A stretch of 18,654 bases of DNA. Origin: Candidatus Thorarchaeota archaeon (lineage in GTDB: Archaea > Asgardarchaeota > Thorarchaeia > Thorarchaeales > Thorarchaeaceae). Numbering within the stretch: position 1 is the first letter of the stretch; every line of letters starts with the position of its first letter. Made by a program: the position numbers and the translations under genes. The notes beneath the pieces are model-generated. The model was not told where the DNA came from. It did not search any database and was given only the letters and a program-made list of their open reading frames with translations. Of the stretch, positions 16,225-18,654 are shown in pieces. The stretch spans positions 1 to 18,654 of the forward strand of contig JAOUFI010000041.1 in NCBI GenBank assembly GCA_029858305.1, written 5' to 3'.

Positions 16225-17127
16225 ATGCAAGAGACATGGGATGTATTAGAAACTGTTGGTTTTGATATGAAGAGGAAGGACATGATAGTCCTTGGCGCAC
16301 TTCTCAAATCACAGAGTGAGCCAAAAGCGTTCGTTGATTTTGAGTCTTTGAGAGAGCAACTTGCAAAAGATGAAGGAGGAAAAAAGGGGAAGGACTCACT
16401 CATCTATCGTAGTCTCTCATGGCTTGAACAGGCTGGATTGCTTCAGGTTGACAGAAGCGGGCACAAGCATGGGTACAATTCAAATTTAGGTATGATGCAG
16501 AAGGTCTTGAAACAGCGAATAAAAACAAAGTTGTCGGAATTTGCGAAAGAGAGCAAAGCTCTTGATGTTGATATTCATGTGATATCAGAAATCAATGCAA
16601 ATTCACTTGCAGCAGATGTGGTAGCACTGGCAGTGGGAACACAACTAGCAGAAAGACCTTTTTTCGCCCAAGGATGGCAGAACATAGTGAAGCTCCTAGA
16701 CGATAAAGTCTATAGAAACCTCAAGAAAAACGATATCATCAGATTCACATTGGAATGGTACGACCGCCCAAAGGAATTGGAAGAACCAAGAGTGGACATA
16801 ATCGAGAAAATACTAAAGGAGGGGGTAGAAGTACGAGGATTGGAACATCGAAAACTGGGGGGCAAAAGTTACCAGCGATTTGCTCAGCTATTTAGGATTT
16901 TCATTCAGAAAGGCTACAAGGTTGGCTTACGGGTGCGCTTGAGGGAGGATTCGACGTATCAATTTGTAGGACGCAGTTCTGAAGGAATTCTACTCATTGT
17001 TTCAGAGAATCCACTATCTGGAACATGGCTGCCGAGAAGTGCTAATCCAGAGCTGGTTGATAATGCAATTCAAAGCTTTGACAGGGACTATCTTGAAGGA
17101 TCTGAAATCTCTTCATTTGGAGAGTGA
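16225..17127 (+). CDS. TrmB-like regulator paralogue 2
   Basis: DSLIYRSLSWLEQAGLLQVD..KHGY wHTH; KEGVEVRGL; NPELVDNAIQSFDRDY. The start codon is uncertain. Confidence 0.75.
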   Translation: MQETWDVLETVGFDMKRKDMIVLGALLKSQSEPKAFVDFESLREQLAKDEGGKKGKDSLIYRSLSWLEQAGLLQVDRSGHKHGYNSNLGMMQKVLKQRIKTKLSEFAKESKALDVDIHVISEINANSLAADVVALAVGTQLAERPFFAQGWQNIVKLLDDKVYRNLKKNDIIRFTLEWYDRPKELEEPRVDIIEKILKEGVEVRGLEHRKLGGKSYQRFAQLFRIFIQKGYKVGLRVRLREDSTYQFVGRSSEGILLIVSENPLSGTWLPRSANPELVDNAIQSFDRDYLEGSEISSFGE

Positions 17128-17133
17128 CATTGA

Positions 17134-18096
17134 ATGACAGGGAGAAAATCTATTGAAATCCTGACAAAGCTCGGAGTGGATATGAATTCAAGTCAGATGA
17201 TGGTATTCAAAGCAATCATCACTGCGGCAAATGGCCTCTCAAGATCTGTCACCTATAAAGAAATAGTTGATGCAATAAAGAAGATTGCTGATAAGAAATA
17301 TACCAAGGCTTATGTGTATCGACAATTAAGCAGCTTGGAGAAAGAGGGATTCATCGTTGTAGATGCAATCCAGCATCCAAAACGATATAGTATTTCAGAA
17401 TCTACACTATCTTCTGCCTTGGCAAGAAAGAGTCAACATACTCTCTCGGAACTCAAGTCAAAGCATCAAGCTATCACCAGACAGCTGAAACTCCTAGAAA
17501 CTGTGGATCCCGAGGAATTGGCAATCACTGCCTACAACACTCTTGTCGGAATCTCTCCCGGTAGTGAGTCAACGATCATTGAAGGGATTGAGAACGTGAG
17601 GAGCACGGTGATTAGAGAGTTTGCAGATGGAGCCAAGCCAGGAGACTATGTTAGAGTTTTAGCTCCAGCAAGTACAATCGCAGAGGGCCTTGGGCCAGGT
17701 GGAATGACAGAACTTCGTATTATACAAGGAGCATCAAAGGGTGTAAAGGTACATGGAATGCTAACGCCTTTTCAGCAGCAGGAGATGAGCACCGAGCTGA
17801 TTGCGGGATTCCTCAAGACGCTCTCAGGACCCTTTTTTGAGGCAGTGAATACAGGAAATGTTAAGGTCAAACTCGCGAGGGAGCCTGTACAGACATATAG
17901 AATGGTCAGTCTCAATAATGATAAAATGCTCCTTTATCTTACTCATGCAAAAGAATCGGATGTTGCAGCCTTGATTCATAGAGGAAAAAATGCTGGACTC
18001 ATAGATGATGCAGTTTCAACCTTTGATAGACTTTGGGAGAATGGCGTGGATATTGCTGAGATTCTAGCAAAGATGATGAATTCTGGCAAGATGTGA
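17134..18096 (+). CDS. TrmB-like regulator paralogue 3
   Basis: VTYKEIVD...YTKAYVYRQLSSLEKEGFIVVD..PKRY wHTH; IIEGIENVRS; KGVKVHGML; NAGLIDDAVSTFDRLW. Confidence 0.78.
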   Translation: MTGRKSIEILTKLGVDMNSSQMMVFKAIITAANGLSRSVTYKEIVDAIKKIADKKYTKAYVYRQLSSLEKEGFIVVDAIQHPKRYSISESTLSSALARKSQHTLSELKSKHQAITRQLKLLETVDPEELAITAYNTLVGISPGSESTIIEGIENVRSTVIREFADGAKPGDYVRVLAPASTIAEGLGPGGMTELRIIQGASKGVKVHGMLTPFQQQEMSTELIAGFLKTLSGPFFEAVNTGNVKVKLAREPVQTYRMVSLNNDKMLLYLTHAKESDVAALIHRGKNAGLIDDAVSTFDRLWENGVDIAEILAKMMNSGKM

Positions 18097-18653
18097 TTAC
18101 TCTATCACCCAAGCTTTGTCCTTTGAGAGTGTCTGGAAGATATCATCACAGACAGCCTGAAAATCTTCGTAGAGGCCGTACTCTCCTCCTGCTGCATATG
18201 GATGACCTCCACCATTGAAGAGCTTCGCAGCCATATTGCACATAACGGTTTCTTTTCCTCGACGTATGCCTAGCATGCCACCTTGACTTAGCATCAAGAG
18301 CAAATCTGCAACCTCTAGATTTTCTCCATCCATCTTAGATTCTCAGGGTTAGAGGCATATGTACCCATGTCTGTCGATGTTAGACCACTAGGGATCTCAA
18401 CAACTCGCACAAGGCGATTATGTAAAATATGATCGCTATGACCGGCAAGAGCTTTTCGCATTTTCTTTGCTTTCTCTTTTCGATAGTGATCCACACGTTT
18501 GTCAAGGAGTTGATCTTTAAATTTGTGACTAACACTATCCCAAACGCCCCCAAGTCCACTCTCTGCAAGCTTTGAGAGAACAGGATACAGCACATCAAGA
18601 ACCTCTTCACGTCGATCAATTGCTCCAAACCGGAGGACGGACACAGCATCTGT
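18097..18653 (-). pseudogene. DHH/DHHA1 phosphoesterase-family gene (3' part), split by a 1-nt frameshift at about 18335; pseudogene or sequencing error
   Basis: ORF 18315..>18653 (open to the window edge) and ORF 18097..18333 (GIRR...AKLFNGGGHPYAAGG, DHHA1 motif) join if one A is restored in AAT CTA A[A]G ATG GAT. Confidence 0.7.
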
Positions 18654-18654
18654 G

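Noticed and set aside
16194-16227. ATGA-coupled start at 16198 in frame with paralogue 2 but interrupted by TAG at 16210 (possible pyrrolysine readthrough), and an alternative out-of-frame ATG at 16194
   Set aside because: It would add only nine unconserved residues, ATG 16225 is an adequate start, and TAG is used as a normal stop elsewhere in the window. An indel error here cannot be excluded.
18380-18649. Alternative minus-strand ORF MLCPSSGLEQ...
   Set aside because: It overlaps the DHH-family frame, which is open to the window edge and joins the DHHA1 domain.

Overview
Gene-dense archaeal DNA, most likely from an Asgard archaeon (Thorarchaeia-like). This is inferred from a stand-alone gelsolin domain, a geranylgeranyl-reductase-family gene, TrmB-like regulators, an archaeal-type ThrRS editing domain and GGTGA/GGAGG ribosome-binding sites. 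From left to right: the 3' end of a lipoate-protein ligase, an AhpD/CMD protein, a Zn-dependent dehydrogenase, a single-domain gelsolin, three zinc-ribbon membrane proteins, a small beta-rich protein, an unannotated 58-aa tail-anchored ORF and a 4-repeat hypothetical protein. Next comes a glycan-modification-like island: an apparently circularly permuted CE4 deacetylase and an LbH acyltransferase converging on acpS-fkbH-ACP, a complete glyceryl-carrier-protein module that is unusual for archaea. It is followed by a motif-degenerate SF2 helicase, a free-standing ThrRS editing domain, a membrane LbH protein and a GGR-family flavoprotein. Near the right end are a strand-specific structured ~140-nt candidate ncRNA, divergent from a palindromic operator and three tandem TrmB-like paralogues, and a frameshifted DHH/DHHA1 gene. 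No rRNA, tRNA, CRISPR array or mobile element was recognised. All calls come from motif recognition by eye; no database searches were run.
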